Shown here in pieces: positions 20,961 through 34,798 of a stretch of 64,000 nucleotides of DNA. Within the stretch, counting starts at the first letter, position 1; each line of letters opens with the position of its first letter. The DNA lies in the NCBI RefSeq assembly GCF_964204645.1, contig NC_134027.1, positions 18,376,560 to 18,440,559 on the forward strand, written 5' to 3'. The notes beneath the pieces were generated by a model. The model saw only the letters and a program-made list of their open reading frames with translations. It was not told the origin of the DNA and did not search any database. The position numbers and the translations under genes are program-made. This DNA is from Tubulanus polymorphus. Lineage: Eukaryota; Animalia; Nemertea.

Positions 20961-23900
20961 AACTGAAGGTAGAGACCGGCAACCAGTCTAAACATGCTCA
21001 AGTTCAAGTTCAAATTTATATCACAGAAAGCATGACAGGCTATCATTATGAGAATGCCGGTTTGCTAGCGTATCTATTTAACACCCGTATTGCTCGGGTT
21101 AGTTTTACTATCAACGGGTGGCGCTGTATGTAAATTTCACATAAATCAACGACTTTCGGCTATTAGCGGTACTTAAGACCACTTGAAAACATCATAGTCA
21201 ATTACGGTAGTAGTGAACATAAAAAGATACAGTACAAAGATACAGTACGGTGTACAGTTAAGGACATGATTCCATAGGACCCATACCAGAGACATTTTGT
21301 TCAGACAAGGACTATTAGTTAAACACTAATCTTCATTTTCAGCAATTAACGATCTGGTGAATTAATTAGTGATTCGGTCTTTCGGTGGTTCGAGATAAAA
21401 TGCCCGCAAAATAAGAACCTAACGAACCAGGGCTGACCACAAATTGCCCAACAGATAAATTTTCGAAACGACACAATCCAATCATGTTTGGTAACAAATG
21501 TGGCGTGGACCATGGTCTTTTAACTGACCAATGCATGACCAGTACTGACCAAATAGTAAATTATTTGTTTGCAAACGATTAAGTTGTTTGGTGTCAAATA
21601 TGATGTGGGCATTAATCTAAAAATTGTTTAGCTGACCAATGCTTGACCAGTACTGACCAGTTACCAGTGCTAACCAGAACCCCCATAAGTAATTTATATG
21701 TTTAGTGAATCCTTCGTTGGTACTACTAGCTCTTACATTTAAATTTGTCGCTTGAAAAAGTCTTGTCCGATTTTTGTTGTAGGTAGCGAGCTAACTTTGA
21801 AATTCCGCTAAAATGCATAAGATTTTTACGTAGGGTTTTGAACGAACAACGTTTCCATTTGTAATTGTAACGTGCGCATTTGAGCCTGTAACGTGCACAT
21901 TTCACTCGCGTGAACGTGCGTATCGGTACCAACATGCGAGACTTGTCAAACTTTTACGATCAAGACTTTTAAACTGAACAAAGAAGATATCATATCATAT
22001 TATATATACATGAATAGATGGAATGATAATGTAGTAGTTTTAAATGTTTCGTAGCTGCTGTCCACTGACCACAGATCAAAGCTAATTGCCTGATATGAAA
22101 TATATTTTTGTTATAGAGATGTAGTAGATCAGTGAGAATTCAAACTTATGGTTAATTTTGAGTGATCACAACGCTAACCTATAGAGAAAGCTGTAAGTCC
22201 TAAGAAAATATGCATTAAGTATAACATATCTTTCAATATAATGATGAAGTATTCAACTAGCCATCACAACAATAGTTTGACTTATCTTATTGAAAAAACC
22301 GGAGTGTTAATGGGAAAACCTTGAATTCGAAACAATTCCACACTCAATCGTTTACTTTGAAAACACAATTTGCATTTCGTGGACATGTATTTTTTTCTGC
22401 ACCAAAAGCATGAAGTATATTATCTTTGCTTGTAAAAATTTGAAATTTTGGGGAAGATTTTTGGCCTCGTTAACCTGTGAACACGTCCTTCGTATATTTT
22501 CTAAGACCGACCCTTGAAATAATGCTGAGAGTTCCGAGGATAATTTTGGTAGGATGTAAACCTAGGCTGCTTCGTATCCGTGGAGGGTTGCTAATACACA
22601 ATAATCATAAGTACCATGAGATTCGATAGAATATCGTTTTTCAATCATACGTACACGAATTACGCGATATAAAGATAAATAATATGTTCATATACTTTTT
22701 ACGTCTTACACTGTATATTTCTTTAGTAGTATAAATAAAGAGTGGATCAGCAGGCCACCTGAGACCATTCCACGATCTAAGGTCAGTTGCCAAAAGTTAG
22801 TAAGTTTACCAGTGGATAGTTTATAAATGTTATATAACATTTATAATGACAATTAAATTTTCATTGCTAAAATAACTTTGTACTTGTTGACTCAAAAGCA
22901 GAGAATTGAAAATACGATAATACGATACGAAAACTCAGTGTACAAATTCAAAAAGATTATCTCTAGTGAGAGATCGAACGTTGTGTCGTAATTTTCTAAT
23001 GATAAAACATGGTTTGAAATTTGAAATGTGTACATAGTTGATCTTTTTCAATGTATTTAGTCATGTATCATATTGGATGATGGTTAATTTAAACTATCTT
23101 TTGAGAAACGGGTCCCAGAGCTGTATCCTTTACTCCTGTAATAGAGGATGCAATCTATTTGCGACAAACAGCTAGTGCAAATAGCTAGAAAAGGTAACAA
23201 TAGTGCATTGGCAAACTTAGAGCAAGCGTACATTGGTTGTTTAGGTTTTTCGAAGGGGAGAATTTGTGGGAAAATTAATCATTACTGAGATATATCCGTG
23301 GCGAGCTTTTCCAGGGATTTAAAAAGTTGAGCTGTACACAAGGAATTTTGTGTAGTCCAATATCCGTGATTACCTCTGGCGTGGAGAGATACAATCTAAA
23401 ACCAACCCTAGAGTCAAATATTTTACCACAATTTTTTATGATCAATAAAAAGATTGAGTAATAGACATTCAAACAGTATTATCTAAATTCCACTCCATTT
23501 TAAACTCATTCATCTCTTCACAAACCCCAACTTGTTGAACAGTCCACATTAAAATTAGGGACCACTTTTCTTGCTCATCTACACTGGCTACCAATCTAAC
23601 AAAGGATTAAATTTGAGTGTTTGATGTTATAACAATATCAGACTGAAGTATGGATTCGGTTTCTACTTTTAATTGAACATTTATATCACATATAGGGCAT
23701 CATTTTTACCAGTATATATTGAATAACCTATCCATATATCATCTTCAATTTTATAAAATCTGACTTTTGAGATGTCATTCAATCAATGCATTCGCATGCG
23801 GTCGTCGCTTTCAATAGCCACCACGGACTGGCTCCTTATTATTTCTTTGGTGATACCATTGGCGGACGATCCCACACGTTTCTTGCTCCAGCCCTAGAAT

Positions 23901-25328
23901 GCTCAATATTCGTCATGAACCCCGATTTGAGTTTAAATTCAAAATACTCCTAAAACACACCTGTTAACTAGATTACTCTAAAACACCTTTATGTGCAAGA
24001 ATCAGTGAAATTGGCGCTTTATCAGTTGTATTCATCATTCGTACCCACGAGTCTCGTATCGTATCCTATTAATGTGGAGACCCATCCTCGTAAAGAGAAT
24101 GAATAGGCTCTGTTGCGTTCATATCATTTGATATGAGGCTACGTGTCATCTTCAATTGAAATCACGTTGTTTTTTTAAAGGGTGGGCGAGAATATATTCT
24201 CATGTTTTTGTTTCTCTGAATGTTGCTATTTAAGAGTTCAATAATTTCAGTCTACCAAACAAAGGATTTTCCGTATGTTTCGTGACATGTTTTTCCATAA
24301 CCCTAGGAGAGCATTTTAGGTATTTTTTTGCGGATGACCGAAAGCTGCTGTCCCTTTCTAGTAATTTGATGATATCCGTCGAAATCTAAATTCTAAAAAG
24401 GAATCAGGCATATCTTCTTTATTGACTAAATATGAACTCAACAACAAGTGACACTCCCTTCAAAGGCGCCGAAGTAAAATCATGTGTCGAGTGGAGATGA
24501 TATTGTGTCAGAATTTCTTCAAAATCGGAGAAAATTGAATATTTTAAAAATAATCATTTTATATGTATATTTAAATCCGTTATAACTGGAGCAATTTTCA
24601 TGAAAAAAATATCTATGGAATCAGCGAAATGTAATTAAGAGGAATACTATGTTTAAAAAGTTATCAAAGACATTTGAAATAAGTTTTCTGAATTCGTCAA
24701 CTGTTAAACTAGTAACAACCAGATGTGTTCCCATTAAACCACCGACCGCGAGCCGAGTCGATGTGAGATGTGCCCTACACTGAAAATCTCAAGTGCTATA
24801 CAACCGGTTTTTTAGGTGCCTCTGAATGTCGGCCGTTAAAAAACTGAACAATTCCCATTTGGAAAGGGCCTACGTAGTTAGAGAAAATTCAAGATGTGTA
24901 TATCGTATGAGATACAGGCTCCATATTTCATGTGCGTTTGGAATTTAACCTTGTTTATAACGAAACACGCATGTATTTATGCTATTTTAGATTTAAAAAG
25001 AGCGCACGAAAGTGTTTCATGAGACCCGCAAATAACGTCAAGTTATTTATGCATTTTTGATTTATATGAATAAATTTCGCTTCGAAATCTTAAAATTTCT
25101 CAGGTGGATTATTCAATAAATTCACAACAGTCCATTATGGATTAGTTTGACGCCAATCGTTCTTTTAAAGATCTTTCTTTCTCGAAGAAAGATTTTCTTA
25201 AAAACTTTGATTATGGCGAATCTTTTATGTGTCCGATAGTTAAACCTTCGGGTATTATACTAGAACACAAATTTTTAAAGATATTCATAACGTACTGAAG
25301 GATATCACAGGTTATACCCGAACATATG

Positions 25329-26277
25329 GGCTGTTCGAATATCACGGATACCGGATACCGGACACCTAAATACCGGATACCGGATACTCGAGATTGCGGA
25401 GTATATAGCGCGTCGGGTCTAAGGATTCGTTTCCGTGCTGTTGTAAGTAGTACTGCCGCGACACACAATTCATTTATGTCAAATTGTTACAGCGGCTACC
25501 CAACTTATTTGTCTTAATATACAGCCTGCTTTCACGTTTTTAGTGTCATCATCGATCTCAATATTATACATATTTCTTTCTGAATACTGTTTTTCTTTGG
25601 TTAGGTGAAGTTAAACGTTATATTCATTTTTTATTATCTTACTTCACCGGTGATGGATATGTATTGGTGGCCCTTTTTGGTTTTTCTGTAAAATCCTTGA
25701 ATTAATAGGACTGAGTACTGCTAGGCCCTATATCTCAAGTTGGAAGGCCATAAGCGAGTCTGGCAGTTCCTACCATAGTTCGAAGTGACTATTTACCCTG
25801 ATGTTAAATTTGATTCTAAAGATCATGAAAATATAGATCGTCAATAACGCTTGACTTGATTAAAATGGCCTTCTTCGTGAAACTGAATGATAAAGATATT
25901 TTGTATTGTACAGTACCTCTGCCCAAAACGGTAACGGTCTATTCGGTAATCCGTTCAAATTGGCAGAATGATAAAAAATATTTTCTGTCCACTGTGTGTT
26001 ACCGTGTCTGTCGTATGTAATCGTGTTATTACTCGGAAGCAATAAATCGGTATTGAATTGTCTAAACCGGTAACATTTGTATGCTACTGTACTTGAAAAG
26101 CATAAACCGATGTATTATGAAAATAATATAGGCCTTTTATTCTTCTACTAGATCTCACACGAACTGCCGTTTACCGCTGATCATTAGACCCGATGCGCTA
26201 TATACTCCGCAATCTCGAGTATCCGGTATCCGGTATTTAGGTGTCCGGTGTCCGGTATCCGTGATATTCGAACAGCC
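25329..26277. mobile_element. MITE with ~90-bp TIRs and 9-bp TSD (Mutator/MULE-type)
   Basis: GGCTGTTCGAATATCACGGATACCGG... at the left end and its reverse complement at the right end. Flanks GAACATATG / GAACATATT. Confidence 0.85.
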
Positions 26278-28319
26278 GAACATATTGATACACCGGTCAC
26301 AATCCTCTCTTTAATCGTTATCTATTAAAATACTTGAGTAAGGCCCTGGCGAGAGAACGTGTCCGTGCACAAATCCGAATGAATAAACTGAAATACCGGA
26401 TGATGATATTGAAGATAATATATTTTATTTACCTTGAACCTGAGAATGATTTTCCTAATCCCTATCATATGAATCCCTATCGTTCCGAAGCTTCTCCTGT
26501 CCTGCTGTCGACACTCGTCTTACTAAGGTACAGATTCTCCCGATTGACTGCTCTCTCAAGATGCGGGTCCCTTTTATAGAAAGAATCGGCATTCTTAAAA
26601 TACCGACTCTCCCACTCGACTTTTGGCAAGGAGCAGCAACCTTATTGTCATGACTGTTTTGGTCATATAGAATTTGGCCTTAATGATTCGCTGATCTAAA
26701 ATTATTTTCAAAACTGATTTGCTAAACTAACTTTTTCCTTCCAACCCTCCTGTCATGACGCGTTGTGATTTACTCACTCCTTGCTAGTCGTTGTTGAGAG
26801 AGCAGCTATTGTCTGTGAATTACCAACGAGCGCATACAGACAACAGAAACTTCAGACAGCTAGTTTTAACTTTTAACACAAATTAATTTTTCTAAAACAT
26901 TAGCGATTATAAACAATTTGTTCTTAAACAACATCTAGATTGCTCAAATTAATTATCTTTTCAAAACTTTGTTTTCTTTTCTAATTACAGTACAAATTCA
27001 TTGTTTCTTTTTTAATTACTATAATTAACTACGATTCGGAATACATTGTGATTGATTATCAATTCTTAAATTATTTGAAATACTTATACTAATTATTTTA
27101 TCAACAATTTAACTAATTCTATTTTAATACAGGATAAGCAAAACAACCACATCTTCCTAAACTTCCGGATTTTCCTTTTACGGAAAGTAGCCGGGAATAT
27201 CATCAAGTATCAGCGTGATCCCTTCACGAGCCTCATTATAAATACACTCCATTGTTCCGACCCAACCAAATATGGTTCCAACTATTTAAAAGTTTTATAT
27301 AAAGATTTTCTGAATGTTTGCCAGATCCCACAGCAGAAGAACCGAGAAAGAATTGTTGTTTATAGACTGATTTATGGTTTGCGTTGGTAGATGAAAGCAT
27401 CAAACAAGAACTTTCGTAATTCTTACTACTAGTACGTTCTTGTCTGACGGCTTTAACGTAACCCCCACGCATACGGAAACAACATTAAGAACATTTCTAA
27501 ATACTACGAAACATTTTTCAGTTACTACGAAAATCTAGCTGTGGATCAATATGCAGTTGGATAGATCTTTTTGTTTCGACTCGCATGCGACAGTAAAAAC
27601 GGTACTTGATATAATAAGTGAACTTCATCATTGATATTTTCACTAATCTACTTGAATTCCAAAAAAGAACTGACAATGAAATAGGGTTACAGACTGATAT
27701 CGCTCCAAATTTCAATTCCTATGAACACTTTTAATATAAAGAAAACTATTAACGAAACAGTTTTTAGAGGCGAAGAATCCGCGTTACCATCGAATTTTCA
27801 AAACTTGAAGGAATGGTTAATGCCTCGGTGACCACTGGTCTAGTACGCGGTTTTCTGAAATGAAAGTGGCCAAGTCTAAAGAACAACTATTGTATCACAT
27901 GATTACAAATATTAGGAACTCAATGCGTTTAATGATTTAATTAATTGGTATCGCGCAGATTGGTTGAAAGACGGGTGTTAGTCACCTTGTGATTTAATTG
28001 TTTTTCATGCATCGATTAATTAATCTTATTATAACTTATTTGTAGGCGCATCCCGCAAACATTTTCTATTCGTTGAGTTTTCAAACGCGGTACTGTTCAG
28101 ATGATTCGAGTCAAGCAGTAAAAAAGTTTATGTATTAGCATTACTATGCAGTGAAAATAACGCACTGCGGCAAGTGAGGTGCTGTGATCCAGATGTGTAA
28201 CCCATTTATGGGTAATAAATTTCCATCATGTCAACGCCATTCAAAAACAGTAGCAAAACTTTCTGCTGGTTTCTAGAAATAGCAATACGACGACAAGCAC
28301 TTTCGAATTCGACCACGAT

Positions 28320-28700
28320 ATTTGAGAAGTTTCACTGGTGGTCAGTGATGGTCAATTTATGAATTTTAATGGCGAATCCTTTCTAGTTTCACACCAAAAG
28401 CGGTACCGGTATATCGTTCTTTCAAGAACTTTCAATTGGTCAGTGGTGGTCAGTGATGGTCAATTTATGAATTTTCAGTGGCGAATCCTTTCTAGTTTGA
28501 CACCATAACGCGGTATATCGTTTTCATATTCGAGAAGTTTTAATTGGTCATTGGTGGTCAGTGATGGTCAGTGATGAATTTGCAATGATGATTCCTTAGA
28601 GGTTTGAAAACAAACATTACATGATAAATTTACGAAATTCGAAGTCAAGTGGTCAGACTCGGGGATATCTCAATTGGTCAGTTACTGACCATCATGGTGT
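28320..28700 (+). repeat. ~110-bp tandem repeat, ~3 copies, rich in GGTCAGTGATGGTCA
   Basis: Units recur near 28338, 28445 and 28552. Inverted-sense TGACCA arrays lie at 21430-21680. Confidence 0.7.
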
Positions 28701-30091
28701 CACCATTGTGGTCTAAGCTCAAATGAAACATGTGGAACCGACGAAGGGGCCCAAAAGCGTTAAGTCATTTCCTGGCGTGACGTGATCCAAAAACGCCCTA
28801 ACTGGAAAAGGCAGTCTCTCAATTGGATGAAACCAAATCGGACAGGACAATTAAAATTTGGGAAGGCCACAGGTAGTGGTCTTTCTACGAAGCCCACGCG
28901 GTGAGCGTATTATTATGAAATCTTTTTTTAAACCACCATGTACCACGAAGTAATAAGCATCGTTGTAAGCACTTGAAACAGCCATTAACCACTTGAAACT
29001 GTCAGATCAAACATCATACCGCATCCCCGCAAAGAGGGGTGGTTCAGCAAACCGGAGTTTTCATTAGCCTCTCTAGACTACCCCGCCAGTACGGGTAGCC
29101 GAGCAAACCGGAAAACTCATAATGGTACACAGGTTGAGAGAACAGTAGCTTTCAGTGTGGGCCAAGCAAATTTGCTAATTTGGCATCAGACCACAATTAG
29201 GTTAATCATTAATTAGTAGCTCGAAGATGCGTAGGGCCGGACCAAAAATAGTACCTAGAGTGAAGAAGAGGTCCCCCATAAATGTTGCCATAATTTCTGC
29301 AAATGGGATAGGTAACGAATTTCGGTTATATGTATGAAATCCATTGATCCTGAGAGACAGATTGATGATGAAATAAGGGATTCCCTGGACTTTTTTTGCT
29401 TGGAGTAAGGGTACCAAACACGGTGGGGGATTCCCTTAGATATTTGGCTCGGATGTACTGGCATATCTGTACTGGGATACCCCTCCTTTCTAAAGGTTTG
29501 ATTATTTCAAAAGTTAGGTTGGGTATGTGTGGCGAAAACCACTTCAATGCGTAGCTAAGATGCTGGCCTATGAGCCATAAGCAGGATTTCCCCTGAATTT
29601 ACGCGCTTATATATGAACTAAACTCTTAAATTTCTTGTTTTTACTATAGGATATAGAAGATTTTGGAATAGTGGTCTGAGCTCATTTGCTATCGTTTTGT
29701 TGCGCCCTCTTGTCGAGACGCCATCTTGAATCCGAAGAATTGCACCGGTTTATAACCTAAATTCGCGAGCGCTCAACAGCGATATGGATGCCCTGTTATT
29801 GCATATTCTCGGAGCTACCCATTTTTTGTCCATTTCTCCCAAAGCGGCGAAGCTGGTCAATCTGAAATAATCGAGATAACTCGGACTTCCTGTCTCCCTG
29901 TTTCTGTGCCGTTTTCATCAAATTCTCGACCCGTAAACAGGTAAAGTCGCGTAGATAGGCCTAATTTCGACAGGGGCGTCCCCAGGAATTTTTACTTTCT
30001 AACGTTAACTGTTGTTCGTGTGTTTTGTTGTTGCCGTACCTTAAATCGTTGGTGGTTAGTTCACAGGGGTTTGGCGATTGGCGCTTTTACG

Positions 30092-30528
30092 GGGTCATCC
30101 TTATTACCGAGATGACGTATTTTACCGAGATGAACAGAGACGAACCGAGATGAAATGAAATATAGCATATTTATTTATTTCTTATCGATTTTAACACTTG
30201 AAATCATGTTATATCAGTAATAAATACCTTCTAGAGTCATATTTTACATATTTTTTTTATTTAAAAAAATTTTGACTTCAAATACGTAAACTCGGTTAGC
30301 AATAAAATTTCATTGAATTTGATTGATCGACGATCTTATCTTGGTAAAGTTAAGTTATTTTTCTACAAAAATATCCGACAAAATATGTAAAATATGACTC
30401 CAGCAGGCATTTACTGATATAATATGATTTCAATGGTAAAAATCGATAAGGAATAAATAAATATGTCATATTTAATTTCATCTCGGTTGATCTAGGTAAA
30501 ATACGTCATCTCGGTAATAAGGATGACC
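30092..30528. mobile_element. Fold-back MITE, 8-9 bp TSD (G)CTTTTACG (MULE-like)
   Basis: GGTCATCCTTATTACCGAGATGACGTATTTTACC... / ...GGTAAAATACGTCATCTCGGTAATAAGGATGACC; almost wholly palindromic. A partial copy lies at ~34800-34910. Confidence 0.85.
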
Positions 30529-30551
30529 GCTTTTACGAAACTGAATCTTTG

Positions 30552-30601
30552 TAAATATATTGAAAGTCACGTCTGATGAGAAAGTTCACGCAATTTACTG
30601 T
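30552..30601 (+). repeat. 50-bp exact direct repeat, copy 2
   Basis: Identical to 20911-20960. Confidence 0.9.
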
Positions 30602-30658
30602 TACTTACACAGCACCCACTTCTCCGGAGAACGCCATCTTTGATGGATTAGGTAATCG

Positions 30659-31507
30659 GCTAGTCAGTAACCTGTCTGAGGTTTAGTTTCACAATCGGAT
30701 ATTTTCACAAACCACAGTCAGGAATGGGAAGGTCATTTTTGTATGAAATCTTCGTCAGCCAATTTGACTGACGAGTAATTTGCCTGGCATTTCATTGTCT
30801 CTTAAGATATCTGTCTCATTTTTGTTGTAATCGACGCACAACAGATTCATAGTTTGTCTGATACCTATAACACCTCACCTGACGATCTTAATCCATGTGC
30901 AAATCGGCCGTAAAGTGAGAGTAAATTTCCGTCGGGTCAACAGCTGCCATTTTGAAAATTACTGGAGGTGCTGGCACCTGTGGACTGAGGCCAGGACAAC
31001 AGCACAAACTAACGAAGCGAAACGACGAAATTGAAAAAATTAAGAAATCAACACTTATTCACATTTTTCTTTTACCAGAATTTATTATTTCATTATTTAT
31101 TATGGAAAATACGAAGATTTGAAATATAAGTTGGAAAACTATCAAAAATAAAAATTGTCGTTTCGTCTTGGAAGTTTTATATAAATCCTTGTAGGTCCCC
31201 TTGTCTTATCATGCCACATGTGCAATACAGAGAAATGGCGGCCAATGGCGAAATTGGTGGAGAAATTAATTAATTTCTCAAAATAATGTTGATTAACCAC
31301 TCGAAACATACATAAAATTGGATTATTTCGAAAGGTACCTGTGTTAGTTTGTGAATTAAGCCATTAATTGTGGACTGAAGTGAATAGAAAGTATATTTTT
31401 GAAGTGTTACTTTTTTCAACCGTGTTTTGGTCCTTGTCATCCCTAACGTTGGTATAAGCCCATCCGATTATAAAAAGCTTACCACCAACGATTAGGTAAC
31501 TAACTAG
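30659..31507 (+). repeat. ~0.85-kb dispersed repeat, copy 1
   Basis: Colinear and highly similar to 33808-34798 (GCTAGTCAGTAA...GTAACTAACTAG). Confidence 0.88.
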
Positions 31508-31516
31508 TAATCGGCA

Positions 31517-33319
31517 TACTTGCTCGCCGAGCGAGTATGCTGAGTTAGGTATGTTCATGTCCGCGCGGGGCGCCACTATCGATTTTTACTACGCGTTTTG
31601 ACATCGCGTAGTAAAATCATTCATAAAACCTGTCTATCAATGCAAATGAGCTAAAATCTTTTGGAATCAACCAATTAGATCGATCTTAATCACTTGGGGG
31701 TTGGTTTAGTGTATAAATCCGCATTTTAGACGAAGAAAATAGAAATCGAAATATACCCTTTTTCAAGAGCAAAATTCGTCAGCTTAGGACCCGGAATAAG
31801 CGACGAATCATCAGGAATCGGAAGGTTTAGGATCTTAAAATTCAAATAGTGAAGACCGCATGATTTTAAGTTTTGCGTTGAAGCGAGCGATACAAAATGG
31901 CGGCCGGCACTTGTTATTGAATGACGACGCGCCGCGCTGCTCGTGAATGTGATTAGATCAATATTCAACAATTATTCATCGGTCTAGCGGTGAATTATTG
32001 TATTTATTTTCCGATTCATAATTATTCATCGCTATATTTTTTTTTGCGCGCGGATCGCCACTACGCTCCCGTCGGTAAAGCGGCTGTTGAAAGAGGGAGG
32101 CGTCTAATGGGATGAATTGAGGCTTGTGACGGGCAAAAATAGAGGCGCGTGATGGGACAGTGAGGCTCCCGAGGGGATTTTCCAAAAGTAGCAAAATTGA
32201 AATATATATAAAATATTGTTGAAATTTAGCTCAAAACAAAACAAACGGATTATTATTTAGTTATTATTAGTAGTATTATTACTATTGCTTGGTTTATGTT
32301 TCTAAACTGATTGATTTTATAATGATATCATGAATATATTTCAAATTTCAGCGTTTTGAGCTAGGCCAAGCCTAATTTTCTGCTTTTCTTAACTAAAATC
32401 CATCTAGCAAATAATATATAAAATATATTGGTATATTTAGATCAATTTGCAATAGGAGCCTATGGCTATAGACCTAACTGACAGGCCTTGATAATCATGT
32501 TTATTCATTTCAAAAATTATGTAGTGAAAAAAATAATTTCATCTGAAATCATATCAATATTTCTCAATATTTCACATTTTTTCTTGCCGTTACCATGGAA
32601 ACCTAATATAATAATCTACATAATAATAGATATTCCTAGATAAACTTAGGGCAAACATAAACTATTGATAACTAGTTATTCTATCCCCTTTCTACATCAT
32701 AACTTTTGATCTAACATCGATATTTTCATTATTTTACCATTTTTCGGCTGGTTTCCATGGAAACCATAGGCATTTGGAATCAGATGAAAATTTTGGGTCT
32801 TTCAACTGTCACCTGAAAGTGCTATGAGTGTATTGCTCTTTAAATTTCTAGTCTATCTCTTTTAGTTTAAGAGATATTGAAGTTTGTTTACATGAAATAT
32901 TGCCTTCTTAGATCACAGTTTTTGTGTATTGAAACATGAAGACACTTTTCGCTCAAATTTTCAAACTTCAATTTGCGATATCTCGAAGACTACTGAAGAT
33001 AATTCAAAAATTTAAAAAGCATATTGTTATTTGAGCCCTCCCCATTCCAACCAGCTTTCTTTCAGTGAGATTGGAGCTATTTGAATTTTTTATGGATATA
33101 GCTAGCTGAGTATGTTAATCGATTATGATAACCAATGTTCTTAAAAATGACGGATTATGACATAATCCATGCCCATAAAAACGTTTTGCATACTCGATTT
33201 AAGTTTCACGTTTACGGCACGTGGTTTAGTGAATCCGATTTGGTAAATCAACTCGTTTATGGACGCGGTTTAGTAAATTGATTTATTAAATCGACTAACT
33301 TGCTCGGCGAGCAAGTTAG
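31517..33319. mobile_element. Unclassified non-autonomous DNA element with self-palindromic termini
   Basis: TACTTGCTCGCCGAGCGAGTA at the left end and CTAACTTGCTCGGCGAGCAAGTTAG at the right end are mutual inverted repeats. Confidence 0.5.
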
Positions 33320-33807
33320 TGGCGATTTAGTCAGTGAAATCCAACATGGCGTCCTCTTCGACCACGGGCTAAAGACATCTATTGCAGACCATCATCTATC
33401 AATAATTCGGTCACCATTGACGCCCATTTTCTTTTGAATCGCGACCTTTAAATTGATAAATTGATTCGACTCATTTACGAAAAACGATTCGATATACTAA
33501 TCCTTTCGTTTTCCAACATCGAATCGGCACCTCCGCATAAACGGTTCGATCAATTACATTAAATATCATTGTTTCAGATTCAAAATGTCATCAGCAATTC
33601 ATACATTGCCATTGGTTAATTTTAATATATCTTCACTAGAAAGATTTAGCCTGGATACTGTCATTCAGTAGATTGCGTCAATCACGAGAGGTGCGGATCT
33701 GCACTTTTACCAGTTTCGATAAACAATTGGTCGTTAAGGATCAATATCAGACGGTCGTCACGCTTTATTATATAAAATCACAAGGGATGAAACGCAGTTC
33801 AAGTTGT

Positions 33808-34798
33808 GCTAGTCAGTAAGCTGTCTGTGGTTTAGTTTCACATTCGGATATTTTCACAAACCACAGTCAGAATGGGAAGGTCATTTTTGTATGCAATCTT
33901 CGTCAGCCAATTTGACTGACGAGTAATTTGCCTGGCATTTTATTTTCTCTTAAGATATCCGTCTAATTTTTGTTGTAATCGACGCACAACAGATTCGTAG
34001 TTTGTCTGATACCTATAACACCTCACCTACCAGGATTTATATAAAACTTCCAAGACGAAATGACAATTTTCATTTTTGATGGTTTTCCAACATAGGCCTA
34101 TATTTCCAATCTTGGTGCTTTCCATGATAAATTATAAAATAATAAATTCGGGATGAAGAAAAATGTAAATTAGTGTTGATTTCTTAATTTCCATGTGCAA
34201 ATTGGCCGTAAAGTGAGAGTAAATTTTCGTTGATTCAACGGCGGCCATTTTAAAAACTTGTGGAGGGTGCTGGCACCTGTGGACTGAGGCCAGGACAACA
34301 ACACAAACTAATGAAACAAAGAAATTGAAAGAATTTAAGAAATCGACACTAATTCACATTTTTCTTCAACCAGAATTTACTATTTAATTATTTATTATGG
34401 AAAACACGAAGATTTGAAATATAAGTTGAAAAACCATCAAAAATAAAAATTGTCGTTTCGTCTTGGAAGTTTTATATAAATCTTTGTAGGCCACCTTGTC
34501 TATCATACCACATGTATGCAATGCAGAGAAATGGCGGTCAATGGTGGTATTTGTGGAGAAATTAATTTTTCAAAATTATGTTGATTAATCACTCGAAACA
34601 TTCATAAAATTGGATTATTTCGAAAGGTACCTGTGTTAGTTTGTGAATGAACCCATTAATTGTGGACTGAAGTCAATAGAAAGTATATTTTTGAAGTGTT
34701 ACTTTTTTCAACCGTGTTTTGGCCCTTGTCATCCCTAATGTTGGTATAAGCTCATCCGATTATAAAAAGCTTACCACCAACCATTAAGTAACTAACTA
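33808..34798 (+). repeat. ~1-kb dispersed repeat, copy 2, with an extra inverted arm (~34028-34190)
   Basis: As copy 1, but 34030-34190 is the reverse complement of ~34330-34490. Confidence 0.85.

Noticed and set aside
26290-27150. Possible solo LTR (TATA-like motif on the - strand)
   Set aside because: No termini or TSD could be defined.
30659-34798. Possible LTR pair of a non-autonomous retrotransposon
   Set aside because: No TG..CA termini, PBS, PPT or TSD.
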